Part shown: in pieces, positions 49,101-62,031 of the stretch | How positions within the stretch are numbered: the first letter of the stretch is position 1 | How the letters are laid out: each line of letters starts with the position of its first letter | From: Octopus sinensis | Taxonomy: Eukaryota | NCBI RefSeq assembly: GCF_006345805.1 | Contig: NC_042998.1 | Span: forward strand, 195,796,001 to 195,860,000 | DNA length: 64,000 bases | Direction: 5' to 3' | Notes under the pieces: generated by a model | The model's database searches: none | What the model was told of the DNA's origin: nothing | Seen by the model: the letters and a program-made list of their open reading frames with translations, nothing else | Translations under genes and position numbers: made by a program

Positions 49101-50119
49101 GTATGCCGAAGACAGGCAAATACCTAGAAACTGCAGTCCGTGTGTCTCACTTAGGTTTACGAGAGAGGGATGACCTCCCTTTGCAAATACCTCATTGTAT
49201 TAGCGGTGTTGTTCCTTTCCAGTCTTCTGTGAAAACGTATCTGGCCAAAGGAAAACATTACCTTGCTTTGAAACAGGTAAGGGTTGGTGATAGGAAAGGT
49301 ATCCAGCTGTAGAAAATCTGCATAGAAGTGTTGATGTATTTGGTAATAGGACAAGGCATCCAGCCACAGAAATCAAGCCAAACAACGCATCAATGGCTCC
49401 TAATAAGGAATAGCTTGGACTATGAGGGTTTGTTGAACTGGTCAGCATGGAAAGTGGATGTAAAAAGATAATGATGATGATGATGTTAATGATGACGATG
49501 ATGATGGTAATGATAATGATGGAAAATAAAATGAGCAAAGGGAAATAATTCAAATGGGCCAAAGGTAAAATTAAATTAAAAGTGTATCCAAAATGACAGA
49601 AGCTTAGAAGATAAAGAATTAAGGATATGAAGACAGGGAAAGACCCCAGTCCTTCAAGAATCACTGCTGAGATGCTTAAAATATCTGACAGAGTAAGATA
49701 TGGCCTAGAAACTTGTATATATTTCTTTACTACCCACAAGGGGCTAAACACAGAGGGGACAAACAAGGACAGACAAAGGAATTAAGTCGATTACATCAAC
49801 TCCAGTGCAAAACTGGTACTTAATTTATCGACCCTGAAAGGATGAAAGGCAAAGTCGACCTCGGTGAAATGAGTATAGCAATGAATTTAGTGCAGAGATA
49901 GGAGTTCAACAAGGATCAGTTTTCAGCCTCTGCTTGTTTATCATAGCCCTCCAGGCCACAACAGAGGGATTTAAGACTGGCTGCCCATGGGAGCTCCTTT
50001 ACACTGCTAACCTTGTTCTTGTAGCTGAATGACTACCAAAACTAGAGAGGAAATTTCAGCTGTGGAAGCAAGGTCTGGAATTTAAGGTCCTTAAAATTGA
50101 TATAATAAAAACCAAAGTC

Positions 50120-50383
50120 ATCATCATCATCATCATTGTTCGACCGTGGTCGAGACAATGGAATTTACCATGCTACACCAGACTTCACGGTCCATCATGG
50201 CATTATGGAGGTCCTGTTGCTGGATGCCTGTATCCCTGGAGATTACATCAGGGTAGGAGAGTGTGCGCCCTCTAGTATTGCGAGCAGATGGCTTCCAGAG
50301 AAGAGTAGAAATTGCCACTTTTTCAGCTCTACAACAATGTCCAGCAAACTGGACTCTCCTACCTTTCACAGTCATAGAAAGTA
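50120..50383 (-). mobile_element. RTE-clade LINE 3' fragment (same family as 45445-45965)
   Basis: Same C-terminal peptide and (TGA)n tail. Confidence 0.9.
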
Positions 50384-50394
50384 GGCAAACAGAC

Positions 50395-52050
50395 AAATCT
50401 CAAATCCCTTCAGGTAAACGGCTCTATTCAATATGTAGCAAAGGTGTATGTAGAAACTCCATATGGTGCATCCAGTGCAGCTGTATCCAAGTAGTAGTCT
50501 TTGTGTGTGGCAGATGTGCAGATACAATAAACAAAACTGCGCCAATACCAACCAATCAGAGTAGTGGACACAACAGGGTGCAAAAGGGTGCCGAAGGCTA
50601 GCTGTTATCTACTACGTCCATACTCATGTATATATAACAGAGAGAGAGAGTTTGCTACAAGGGAAATGACTTCTTCAAATGTCTGGGGCAGGGATGGGTC
50701 CTTAGAAGTAGGAGATGGCTTCCATTTCCTAGGAAATCAAATTGCAGTGGATGAGGAAGTTCTGAAGTTATAGTCGCTAGAATAAGAATTGGCAGGGCAT
50801 AGTTCAGAGAGGCCCCTCCCTAAGGGTGTCGAGCAGATTGTATGATGCCTGTGTATGAACAGCTATGCTGCATGGCAGTGAAACGTGGGCTATGACTATG
50901 GAGGACATGCAAAAGCCTGAAAGAAATGAAACTAATGTTCTCTGTTGGGTGGGAAATGTCAGTGTGCATGTACAACAGAATGTGTCTTGAGAGAAAAATT
51001 AAATAGAAGAGGCATCAGTTGATGTATGCAAGAAAGAAGACCATGCTGGTATAGATATGTGAAAGGTGGTGAGCTGGCAGAAACGTTAGCACACTGGGCG
51101 AAATGCGTAGCCGTATTTCGTCTGCCTTTATGTTCTGAGTTCAAATTCCGCCGACGTCGACTTTGCCTTTCATCCTTTCGGGGTCGATAAATTAAGTACC
51201 AGTTACACACTGGGGTCGATGTAATCGACTTAATCCGTCTGTCCTTGTTTGTCCTCTCTGTGTTTAGCCCCTTGTAGGTAGTAAAGAAATAGGTATTTCG
51301 TCTGTCGCTACGTTCTGAGTTCAAATTCCGCCGAGGTCGACTTTGCCTTTCATCCTTTTGGGGTCGATTAAATAAGTACCAGTTACGCACTGGGGTCGAT
51401 GTAATCGACTTAATCCGTTTGTCTGTCCTTGTTTGTCCACTTTGTGTTTAGCCCCTGGTGGGTAGTAAAGAAATAGGTATTTTGTCTGTCACTACGTTCT
51501 GAGTTCAAATTTCACCGAGGTCAACTTTGCCTTTCATCCTTTCGGGATCGATAAATTAAGTACCAGTTACGCACTGGGGTTGATATAATCGACTTAATCC
51601 GTTTGTCTGTCCTTGTTTGTCCTCTCTGTGTTTAGCCCCTTGTGGGTAGTAAAGAAATAGGTATTACGTCTGTTTTTATGTTCTGAGTTCAAATTCCGCC
51701 AAGGTCAACTTTGCCTTTCATCCTTTCGGGGTCAATAAATTAAGTACCACTTACGCACTGAGGTTGATGTAATTGACTCAATCCGTTTGACTGTCCTTGT
51801 TTGTCCTCTCTGTGTTTGGCCCCTTGTAAAGAATCAGGTATAGATATGTGATGCATATGGAAAAGGACAACCACATAAAAAAAGTGTTAGTCTCTAACTG
51901 TGCAGGGGACTTGTGGAAGGGGTGGACCCAAGGATACATGGGACAAAGTAGGGAGAAAGGATTTCCAGACGTTGGGCTTCAGAGAGAAGATGACAAGAGA
52001 CTTCTGGTGATTTAATGTACCTGAGAAGACATGTTAAGCTAGCTAAAGCT
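50395..52050 (+). mobile_element. Degenerate RTE/BovB-like LINE, interrupted by the SINE tetramer
   Basis: Fragments CSKGVCRNSIWC, CGRC, AMLHGSETWAMT and WYRYVMHMEKD, continuing across the insertion. Confidence 0.65.
51063..51836 (+). mobile_element. SINE family A tetramer (one head plus four bodies)
   Basis: Bodies start ~51112, 51292, 51476, 51660. Perfect 15-bp TSD GGTATAGATATGTGA at 51048-51062 and 51837-51851. Confidence 0.9.
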
Positions 52051-52444
52051 GTGGCCATCCATACATACAGGTATGTCCTCTATATCCTTCTCTCAGGTAA
52101 GAGGTCCTTCTTTTGAGGGCTCATAACTGCTGGTATCACATAAAAGCACTCTTGCCAGTTTCACAGACAAGCGCCCATGTGAGTGCCACATAAAAGTGTC
52201 CAGTGCCAAGTAAAAGCACCCAGCACTCTCTGTGAAGGGGTTAGCATGAGGACGGGCATCCGACTATAGAAACGATGTTAAAATAGACAATTTCGTCTGC
52301 CGTTACGTTCTGAGTTCAAATTCTGCCAAGATTGACTTTGCCTTTCATCCTTTCGGGGTCGATAAATTAAGTACCAGTTATGCACTGGGGTCGATATAAT
52401 CGACTTAATCCGTTTGTCTGTTCTTGTTTGTCCTCTCTGTGTTT

Positions 52445-52860
52445 AGGCGCAGGAGTGGCTGTGTGGTAAGTAGCTTGCTTACCAACCACATGGTTCCGGG
52501 TTAGTCCCACTGTGTGGCATCTTGGGCAAGTGTCTTCTGCTATAGCCCCGGGCCGACCAATGCCTTGTGAGTGAATTTGGTAGACGGAAACTGAAAGAAG
52601 CCTGTCGTATATATGTATATATATATATGTATGTGTGTGTGTGTTTGTGTGTCTGTGTTTGTCTCCCTAGCATTGCTTGATAACCGATGCTGGTGTGTTT
52701 ACGTCCCCGTCACTTAGCGGTTCGGCAAAAGAGACCGATAGAATAAGTACTGGGCTTACAAAGAATAAGTCCCGGGGTCGATTTGCTCGACTAAAGGCGG
52801 TGCTCCAGCATGGCCGCAGTCAAATGACTGAAACAAGTAAAAGAGTAAAAGAGCAAAGAG
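52445..52860 (+). mobile_element. SINE family B (preceded by a family A body)
   Basis: Full-length. Confidence 0.85.
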
Positions 52861-53886
52861 TAATTAGAACTTGGGCTGCTCTGTAGCTACCCAGCTATTG
52901 TCAAACCGTCCAACTCATGCCAGCATGGAAAGCAGACGCTAAATGATGATGATTGTGGTGGTGGTGGTGGTGACAGTGGTTGGTTATGATTGTGGTGGTG
53001 GTAAAGCTGATGATGGTGACGGGGCCAGAGGCACCGTCTTGTATGTGACGTATCGCTTATATGTGTTCCATTGTTGTGACGTTTTGCACAGTCCGGTATT
53101 TAAACTTTACAAATCGCAACATAAGAGATTGTTTATTGCACGAACTTGAAATCAAAGTTCCTTGGTTCTAATTACGCCCTCACACGCACACACACACATA
53201 AATATTTATATATATATATGCGTTTGGACGCGTAAACGATGAAAGTAGTAGATTTAGTTAAGTTCACTTCCTATTAAGAAATCCGGTGTTTTAGTGTCAA
53301 AACACTCCTAAAAGTTTTGATAATGGCAACAACAATTCCACATGTGTTTGTTTGTCTAGTTTAAGATAAGCCGAAATGTGGTATTCACAATAGTCTACTA
53401 AACTTTAAAAGTATTTGAAGTGGAACATTTAATGCGGGTTAGCAAGTATATTCTATTACTGCATATACTTTATACGCACTTTCGACAAGTTGTGGGGCAC
53501 CTGTGCACTGTATACAATAACTTCAAACTTTATTTTATTCAAAGATTTAAAGATTGTTGTAGTGTTAATTTTTTAGTTTTTGCAATTAATGTACATCTTT
53601 AATAATTTTTTCAAGTTTTATTTCGTAGATATATGTATGTGGTGCAACATAACACTTATATATAATACAAAATCGCATTAAAATCCAAATCGAAAACCGA
53701 ACACTAACATAAGCGAGATTTATAAATAAAATCTTTATTTGCTTATAAGAAAGCAGCTGTCATTTGGTGTAAAAACATAAAGTATCCTAGTCATTGACAT
53801 GTGACTCGTATTTAAATCAATATGTGTGTCAAAGAATAAAGGAATTACATTTATTTGTGACTTCAATGCGTTAACACTTAACGATC

Positions 53887-54159
53887 ATGTCTTCTCCGCG
53901 CTGTGTTGCCCTCTTGGTGGTTTGCTTACTCGGTGCGAGCATAATTGCTATCGTGTCCCCTTCTGCAGTATCACAGCGACCAAATATTCTGCTTATTCTG
54001 GCTGACGACTATGGATTTCACGATATAGGGTACCATGGCTCGGAAATACAAACCCCGAATCTGGATAAATTGGCCGGAGAAGGTGTCAAGCTTGAAAACT
54101 ATTACGTCCAGCCCATCTGTACCCCGACACGGAGCCAACTTATGTCCGGAAGATATCAG
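53887..54159 (+). CDS. ARSB: Arylsulfatase B/I/J-type sulfatase, first coding exon (91 aa)
   Basis: Signal-peptide-like N-terminus, [12 protein letters not shown], formylglycine motif [14 protein letters not shown]; donor GTGAGT at 54160, at the position where vertebrate ARSB exon 1 ends (recalled). Orthology within the B/I/J clade is unresolved; exon 2 was not found in the window. Confidence 0.88.
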
Positions 54160-54532
54160 GTGAGTAATTTCGGCGAAGTTTTGTAATAGCTATCCTTCGA
54201 AGTTCCATACCACAAGCGAAAGGGAAGGGTACGGAAGCAGGGGACAAAGATATTTTAAAAAGGAAAAATTAAAATCCTTTTGGAAGAGAAATGTTTTTCA
54301 GAATTGCAATTTCCGTCGTATGAAGCGCAGAAATAAAGGGGGCGAGGAACTACCCTTTTTCTTCTTTATAAAGTTTGGAACTTCGAAGGACAGCTATTTA
54401 AAACCCTGCCAACTTTTTCGATGTTGTACAGTTTGACTATGTTAGTTGTTGTTTAGCTTCTCCATCATTATTATCGTTAACTATGGAGCCCTTCATGCCC
54501 AGAGATGGGCCCTTCTCAATAACGATCTTTGT

Positions 54533-54885
54533 TCGTTCTGAGTTCAAATTCCGCCGAGGTCGACTTTGCCTTTCATCCTTTCGGGGTCGATTAAATAAGA
54601 ACCAGTTACGCACTGGGGTTGATATAATCGACTTAATCCGTTTGTCTGTCCTTGTTTGTCTCCTCTGTGTTTAGCCCCTTGTGGGTAGTAAAGAAATAGG
54701 TATTTTGCCTGCCGCTACGTTCTGAGTTCAAATTCCGCCGAGGTCGACTTTGCCTTTCATCCTTTCGGGGCCGATTAAATAAGAACCAGTTACGCACTGG
54801 GGTTGATATAATCGACTTAATCCGTTTGTCTGTCCTTGTTTGTCCTCTGTGTTTAGCCCCCTGTGGGTAGTAAAAAAATAGGTAT
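54533..54885 (+). mobile_element. SINE family A dimer, headless
   Basis: Two nearly identical bodies; TSD ACGATCTTTGT at 54522-54532 and 54886-54896. Confidence 0.85.
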
Positions 54886-55379
54886 ACGATCTTTGTATTT
54901 TATATTTTTTTGAGAGTCGGGGTCCTTAGTCTCACCCTCAAGTTAACTTTCCTGGGCAAAATTAGTTTGGTGCCCCACCCACACATTTGTTTCCTCCTAA
55001 CTTTCCTTAAAATGTGGGTTTGTTTTTTTTTAATTAATAACGAAATTTTATGCAGTTATGTCTCCGAGAGTGACGGTTACGATTATATTGATAAACTTAG
55101 ATGTATTCGGTGGGGGTTCGAGTCCTCCGTGGCAACTCTGCAAGTGTCCTGGAGTGCCTCAATGGCCATTAAAAAGGTTTCCCAGTGACCCACACTTTTC
55201 AACCCAAGCTGGTTTTTTTCTTTTTTCTCTCTCTTTTTAATTTTCTGTTTTTTCTATTGTGTTCTTTGTTTTGTCTAATTTTCTAATTTTAATTTGTAAA
55301 ACGATTAGTTATTATTTGTATATGCATATCATTAAATGTTTATATGTCATATATGAAAACAAAAACTTCTTGATATATT

Positions 55380-55735
55380 TTGCTATGGTTCCGGGTTCAG
55401 TTCCACTGCGTGGCACCTTGGGCAAGTGTCTTCTACTGTAGCCTCGGGCCGACCAAAGCCTTGTGAGTTAATTTGGTGGACGGAAACTGAAAGAAGCCCA
55501 TCGTATATATGTATATGTGTGTATGTTTGTGTGTCTGTTTTTGTTCCCCCAACATCGCTTGACCACCGATGCTGGTGTGTTTACGTCCCCGTAACTTAGC
55601 GGTTCGGCAAAAGGAACCGATAGAATAAGTACTAGGCTTACAAAGAATAAGTCCTGGGATCGATTTGTTCGAGTAAAGGCGGTGCTCCAGCATGGCCGCA
55701 GTCAAATGACTGAAACAAGAAAGAGAATAAAAGAA
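55380..55735 (+). mobile_element. SINE family B
   Basis: 5'-clipped; inverted partner at 56010-56400. Confidence 0.8.
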
Positions 55736-56009
55736 TATATATATATTCCCTCAGGCCTTCAAGCAGGCTATCCACATGCTAGAAATAACAGCCAAATCTC
55801 ACAAAACTGCGATAATTTTTTTCGGAGTCAGATCCCCCGAAACCGAAAACGTAGAATTTCGTAAAAAAAAAAAAAAAAAAAAAATTTTTTTAAATCAATA
55901 TATATCCATTTTACCCGAATTTATGATGGAAAAATTGGATTTTGTGTATTTTCCGAAAGTCACCTCCTCACGCCCCAGGGTCGTCAGCGCGTATTTTTTT
56001 CATGTTCGC

Positions 56010-56182
56010 ATTTAGTCGAGCAAGTAGACCCCAGGACTTATTCTTTGTAAGCCTAGTACTTATTCTATCAGTCTCTTTTGCCGAGCCGCTAAGTTACGGG
56101 GAGGTAAACACACCAGCATCGGTAGTCAAGCGATGTTGGGGTATAAACACAAACATGCACACACACACACATATATGTATAT

Positions 56183-56229
<47 letters not shown>

Positions 56230-56400
56230 CATATATATGATGGGCTTCTTTCAGTTTCCGTCTACCAAATCCACTCACAAGGCATTGGTCGGCCCGAGGC
56301 TATAGTAGAAGACACTTGCCCAAGGTGCCATGCAGTGGGACTGAACCCGGAACCATGTGGTTGGTAAGCAAGCTAATTACCACACAGCCACTCCTGTGCC
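56010..56400 (-). mobile_element. SINE family B
   Basis: 3'-clipped. Confidence 0.8.
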
Positions 56401-56680
56401 TTTTTTTTTTTTTTCGTTGAAAAATTGAAATTTTACAAACAAATTTTTTTCAGAATCGTAATTGTATTTTTCTACGTATTTTACAAAAAAAAAAAAAAGT
56501 AATTCCGGAAAAAGTGAAAAGTGGAGGAAGGTAAGAGGGAATTTAAATTTTGAAAATGCGATTTAAAATTTTATTTTTTTATTCTGAATCGGATCCTTCA
56601 TAACCAAAAACGTGGGATTCGATTTTTTTATCGAATCAATATGTATATCCATTTTTTTATTGAATCAATATATATATATA

Positions 56681-57027
56681 AGGACTCCAAATTTGCCATC
56701 AAGATGTAGGACAAGATACTGTGATAGCCTGGGCTTCCAAGGCCCACAGCTCTTCAATATCCTCCCGAAGAACCTAAGAGACCTGCATGGGGTGGATGCA
56801 GATATCTTTAAAATGAAACTGGATCTCTTCTTGTCAGGTATCCCAGATGAACCAACTTCACGGCAGGAGGTGCAGATGAGGGCAGCTGCATCGAACTCTC
56901 TCATGCACCAAATGGCAGTTGCTAAAAAGCATTCGTGAGGTAAAATCATGTAGCAACACCAAATGGCGGTGCCCCAGCATGGCCACAGCTCGTGAGCTGA
57001 AACTAGAATCAATCAATCTATCAATCA
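56681..57027 (+). mobile_element. CR1/L2-group LINE 3' fragment (relative of family A) with (AATC)n tail
   Basis: RYCDSLGFQGPQLFNILPKNLRDL; 24-bp TSD at 56647-56670 and 57028-57051. Confidence 0.9.
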
Positions 57028-57269
57028 ATCCATTTTTTTATTGAATCAATAAATATCCATTTTACCCGAAGTTATGACAGAAAAATCGGATCTTGTGAAT
57101 TTTCTGAAAGCTCCTTCTCCACCCCCCAGGGTCGTCAGCAGGCATTTTTTTTTTCCTATTCCATACACTTGTTAACACTCACCAGGCTGGTTAATTTTTT
57201 TTTTCTTTTTTGTTCCCGGGTGAAGGTCTTTATATTGACCAGTTTTGATTTTGATTTGGAAATTCTAGT

Positions 57270-57600
57270 TAAGACACCCGTACCGGTGACACGTAAAAAG
57301 CACCGTCTGAACGTAGCAGATGCCAGCGCTGTCTGACTGGTGTCCGTGTTGGTGACACATAAAAGCACCGACCGATTGTGGCCGTTTGCCAGCCTCCTCT
57401 GGCCCCTGTGCCAGTGGCACATAAAATAAAGCCCACTACACTCATGGAGTGGTTGGCATTAGGAAGGGCATCCAGCTGTAGAAACACTGCCAGATCAGAC
57501 TGGAGCCTGGTGCAGCCTTCTGGCTTCCCAGATCCCGGTCGAACCGTCCAACACATGCTAGCGTGGAAAGCGGACAGTAAATGATGATGATGATGATGAA
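57270..57600 (+). mobile_element. SINE family C
   Basis: Family C body and (GAT)n tail. Confidence 0.8.
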
Positions 57601-57732
57601 AGCACAGTGCAGGAACGGATGTTAACACAAAGCATCATAACCGATGCTTTTAAAATTCCGCCAATGCGGAAGAATTAAAGGCAAGATTAACAAAAGCAGG
57701 ATTTAAATTCAAAACCGAATCGAACAGACCAC

Positions 57733-58729
57733 TGCGGGCAGACGTTCCAGTCATTGATCTCTTTGTCTTTTACAGATTCCAGGTATCAGATGCTGTTAGG
57801 CACTGCTGGTCACAATGCGGGCAGACGTTCCAGTCATTGATCTCTTTGTCTTTTACAGATTCCAGGTATCAGATGCTGTTATGCACTGCTGGTCACAATG
57901 CGGGCAGACGTTCCAGTCATTGATCTCTTTGTCTTTTACAGATTCCAGGTATCAGATGCTGTTATGCACTGCTGGTCACAATGCGGGCAGACGTTCCAGT
58001 CATTGATCTCTTTGTCTTTTACAGATTCCAGTATCAGATGCTGTTAGGCACTGCTGGTCACAATGCGGGCAGACGTTCCAGTCATTGATCTCTTTGTCTT
58101 TTACAGATTCCAGGTATCAGTTGCTGTTATGCACTGCTGGTCACAATGCGGGCAGACGTTCCAGTCATTGATCTCTTTGTCTTTTACAGATTCCAGGTAT
58201 CAGATGCTGTTATGCACTGCTGGTCACAATGCGGGCAGACGTTCCAGTCATTGATCTCTTTGTCTTTTACAGATTCCAGGTATCAGATGCTGTTAGGCAC
58301 TGCTGGTCACAATGCGGGCAGACGTTCCAGTCATTGATCTCTTTGTCTTTTACAGATTCCAGGTATCAGATGCTGTTATGCACTGCTGGTCACAATGCGG
58401 GCAGACGTTCCAGTCATTGATCTCTTTGTCTTTTACAGATTCCAGGTATCAGATGCTGTTATGCACTGCTGGTCACAATGCGGGCAGACGTTCCAGTCAT
58501 TGATCTCTTTGTCTTTTACAGATTCCAGGTATCAGATGCTGTTATGCACTGCTGGTCACAATGCGGGCAGACGCTCCAGTCATTGATCTCTTTGTCTTTT
58601 ACAGATTCCAGGTATCAGATGCTGTTATGCACTGCTGGTCACAATGCGGGCAGACGTTCCAGTCATTGATCTCTTTGTCTTTTACAGATTCCAGGTATCA
58701 GATGCTGTTATGCACTGCTGGTCACAATG
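57733..58729. repeat. 83-bp minisatellite, 12 copies
   Basis: Period 83 (one 82-bp unit); repeated MRADVPVIDL ORFs in the track. Confidence 0.95.
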
Positions 58730-59239
58730 CACTTCCAATTCTCTCAGGCACTTGTGCTATTCTTTCCCCAAATTGCTTAACTAAATCATCTTCCCATCAT
58801 CTTGGAGGCCTTCCAAGTAATCTATAATGGAATGGAAGGTTTATGATACCTGTGGAGTATCTCCTTTTCCCTTTACAATTATTCTTGTAGTTTCAAAGAG
58901 CTGGAAGGGTCGCCAATCTGATGAGAATGGCTCCTTAGTACATCACACAGTCAGTGCAATAAATATAAATAGAAGAATGCGTGTATGTGCCAGAGGGAAA
59001 TAAGAGACACAACCGGGCAGAATGTTTAAGGGAAAATTTATTGATAGGTTAACATGTGTGATTGTGTGTGCGTCATATATACAGAATAATAGACAGGCCG
59101 TCATAAGAATAAGATGTATGCATGAGTATGTAGGCATAGATGTATGCACGTTAAGAACATACAAGGATGGCAATGAAGAAGAGACAGCGAAAGAGTCTGT
59201 AGCCATCGAAGTGAGGAGTAAGTTCATAGACATCATCAT

Positions 59240-59690
59240 CATCATTGTTTAACGTCCGCTTTCCATGCTAGCATGGGTTGGACGGTTCGACCGGGGTCTG
59301 GGAAGCCAGGAGGCTGCACCAGGGTCCAGTCTGATCTAGCAGTGTTTCTACAGCTTGATGCCCTTCTTAATGACAACCGCTCCGTGAGTGTAGTGGGTGT
59401 GTTTTACGTGCCACCGGCATAGGGGCCAGAGGAGGCTGGCAAACAGCCACGATCGGTTGGTGCTTTTACGTGTCACCGACATGGACACTAGTCAGGCGGC
59501 GCTGGCATCTGCCACATTCGGACGGTGCTTTTTACATGTCACCGGCACAGGTGTCTTAACTACAATTTCCATTTGATTTTTATTTTGATGTTGGTATTGA
59601 CGTACTTGACTCAACAGGTCTCCTCAAGAACAGCGGGTCACTACGATCCAAGGTTAGCACAGCAGGCCTTCCTGCGAGCCATGAAATCAC
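59240..59690 (-). mobile_element. SINE family C, long form
   Basis: Reverse of the 12050-12465 type. Confidence 0.8.
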
Positions 59691-60784
59691 TTCATTTATC
59701 GGGTCTTTGCAGTCAATTGTACTTGGTAGTTGAAATACTTTATCAAGAAGTTGCAGCAATGATGCAGAGCCGGTTGTGGTACATGTCATACGTGAAGTTG
59801 TGGCTGTGATGCTGCTGCCTGGGTCACTTGATACAGGAGTTCTTGCCGGTTGTATATTCGCTGTTGTTCCATGGTGAAGTAATTCACGAACAGTGGAGTG
59901 CTGTAACCTGGGCGAGTTGCTTATTGAGTTGTGTATGTAGAAATGTTGATGTTAGGATGATGGTAGCGACGGAGATGGAGGTCGCTGAATGCAGTTGGAC
60001 GAAGTTGGTGCGTCTTAATGTGGCTGCTGTTATGTTGTTGCTGGGACTGGTGGTGTCTTGTGTGACCAGTGGCTAGACCTTAGAAGGTCTGGAACCAAAA
60101 GACATCGAGATGAGGAAAAGATGGGTTTTTATGAGGAGTTGTAGGCTCAAAACTGAGTTGAGAACATGCTGTCACACATGACCTTATTTAGGGGCTTTGG
60201 TTATATGCTGCATAATGGCATGATAGAGGAAGAGACAAATTGCACCAAAACCAACCAATCAGAGTAGTGGACACAACAGGGTCCAAAATGCGGCCAAAGG
60301 CTAGCTGTTATCTACTACATTCGTATGTATGTATATATAATAGAGAGGAGAGAAATTTCACTCGAGTGTGCGCTACAGACCTTTTCTTGCATAGACTCGG
60401 CAACTGAGTGGGTCCACCTGTGTTGTCTGTGATCCTTGCGACATGTCTGGCCCAGTGGAATTTGTGCTTTTGCTATTCTGCAATTAGATTATTCACTCCA
60501 CTCCATTCTCGAATTCTCTCGTCATAATATTCCTGGTGTGAATCTTTCTGTGGCCCTTTTGTGTTGTCGCCAATCGATGTTGTCACGCATCGAGATTAGA
60601 ATGCGTTTTAGAATTGTCAAAGTCATGCTTTAATGTTTTTAAAATTAAATAAAGATCAATTGAATAATGATTAATACACACATGACTTGTACATGTTAAA
60701 CAAAATGAGTAATAGTAACATAATGTAAATAAAATGTCAGACGTTCTATTGCATGACTTTTGGCCAACTTTGTAGATATGTATG

Positions 60785-61165
60785 GAAGCACTCCATACAT
60801 ATGGACGATGAGGGTTCCGGTTGATCCGAATCAACGGAACAGCCCGCTCGTGAAATTAACGTGTAAGTGGCTGAGCACTCCACAGACACGTGCACCCTTA
60901 ACGTAGTTCTCGGGGATATTCAGCGTGACACAGAGAGTGACAAGGCCGGCCCCTTGAAATACAGGTACAACAGAAACAGGAAGTAAGAGTGAGAGAAAGT
61001 TGTGGTGAAAGAGTACAGCAGGGATCACCACCATCCCTGCCGGAGCCTCGTGGAGCTTTTAGGTGTTTTCGCTCAATAAATACTCACAATGCCCGGTCTG
61101 GGAATCGAAACCGCGATCCTCCGACCGCGAGTCCGCTGCCCTAACCACTGGGCCATTGCGCCTCC
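60785..61165 (-). mobile_element. SINE family D, full-length
   Basis: tRNA-like head at 61165; terminal hairpin TATGTATGGA-AGCAC-TCCATACATA; AGATATGTAT on both flanks. Confidence 0.8.
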
Positions 61166-61669
61166 AGATATGTATATACACACATACACACAATTCTTGA
61201 TCAAAGTGCTGTACTGTGGGATTGAAATTCTACCTATGTGGTTGTGAATTGAACTTGCAAACCAGACAGCCGTGATTGTAGCCATAATGATGTTACAAAA
61301 TGTTGGCCATTAGTTGTTTATTTCTGTAGAAACCGGAGATCGTTTGGTGTTGAATATGTGTTCAATAAGCCAACATTACAAAACAAGTCACCATGCGATC
61401 AGGCGACCGGTAATAAAGGCACAATTTGGGCTAGAAAAAAATGTCACAAATTAATTTATGGGATGCAGACAAAGCCCCTGTGACTTTATTACCATGACTC
61501 TTTTACCTGTGACTTTTTTTTTACCTGGATTCTGTGATCAGGATATCTGATTTGTATGCACCATCTATTGTGTGATTGATTGTTGTTTGTTAAAGGCTTC
61601 GATTTTCCTGTCATCTGATGGATGAGGATGTCAGCATGACCCATTTCAAAATGTTGTGGTTTTGATTGA

Positions 61670-62015
61670 AAACCAATAACAATAACTCTGAGCACCTTTT
61701 CAAACTCCACCTGTCTAACACCCGTGGACATGTTTACAAAGTCATAAAACAGCACAGCTTCTTCCATGACTTTCGGAAACATTTTTTCACGCTGAGAGTT
61801 GCCGAAGGATGGAACAAACTGCCGGCATCAGTAGTTAGTTGTCGGAGCACTGTACCCTTCAAAACTTCCATGCTTCCTGAGATTCGCCAACACTACACCT
61901 GATCTTTCTCCCCTCCATACACACACAAGCATGTATCTGACTCATACATTGTTCACTTTCCAGACATTTGTACATTACTGCATATACTTGTATACAATAA
62001 TTGTATACAATAATT
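61670..62015 (+). mobile_element. CR1-group LINE 3' fragment
   Basis: NTRGHVYKVIKQHSFFHDFRKHFFTLRVAEGWNKLP; tail related to 53460-53525 and 1-33. Confidence 0.8.
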
Positions 62016-62031
62016 TCATTTTTATATTATA

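Noticed and set aside
53280-53450. Possible degenerate PLE terminal repeat with CCGAAA
   Set aside because: No CUGANGA or swapped core recognisable.
53795-53806. CLEAR/M-box lysosomal motif upstream of the arylsulfatase (GACATGTGAC)
   Set aside because: Imperfect single E-box; not distinguishable from chance.
57760-57815. Hammerhead in the 83-bp unit (minus strand CTGATAC...GGAACGTC)
   Set aside because: Both core motifs deviate and stem II does not pair.
57733-58729. CRISPR-like array or coding repeat (MRADVPVIDL ORFs)
   Set aside because: Units are contiguous with no unique spacers, there are no cas genes, the context is eukaryotic, and the period (83) is not a multiple of 3.
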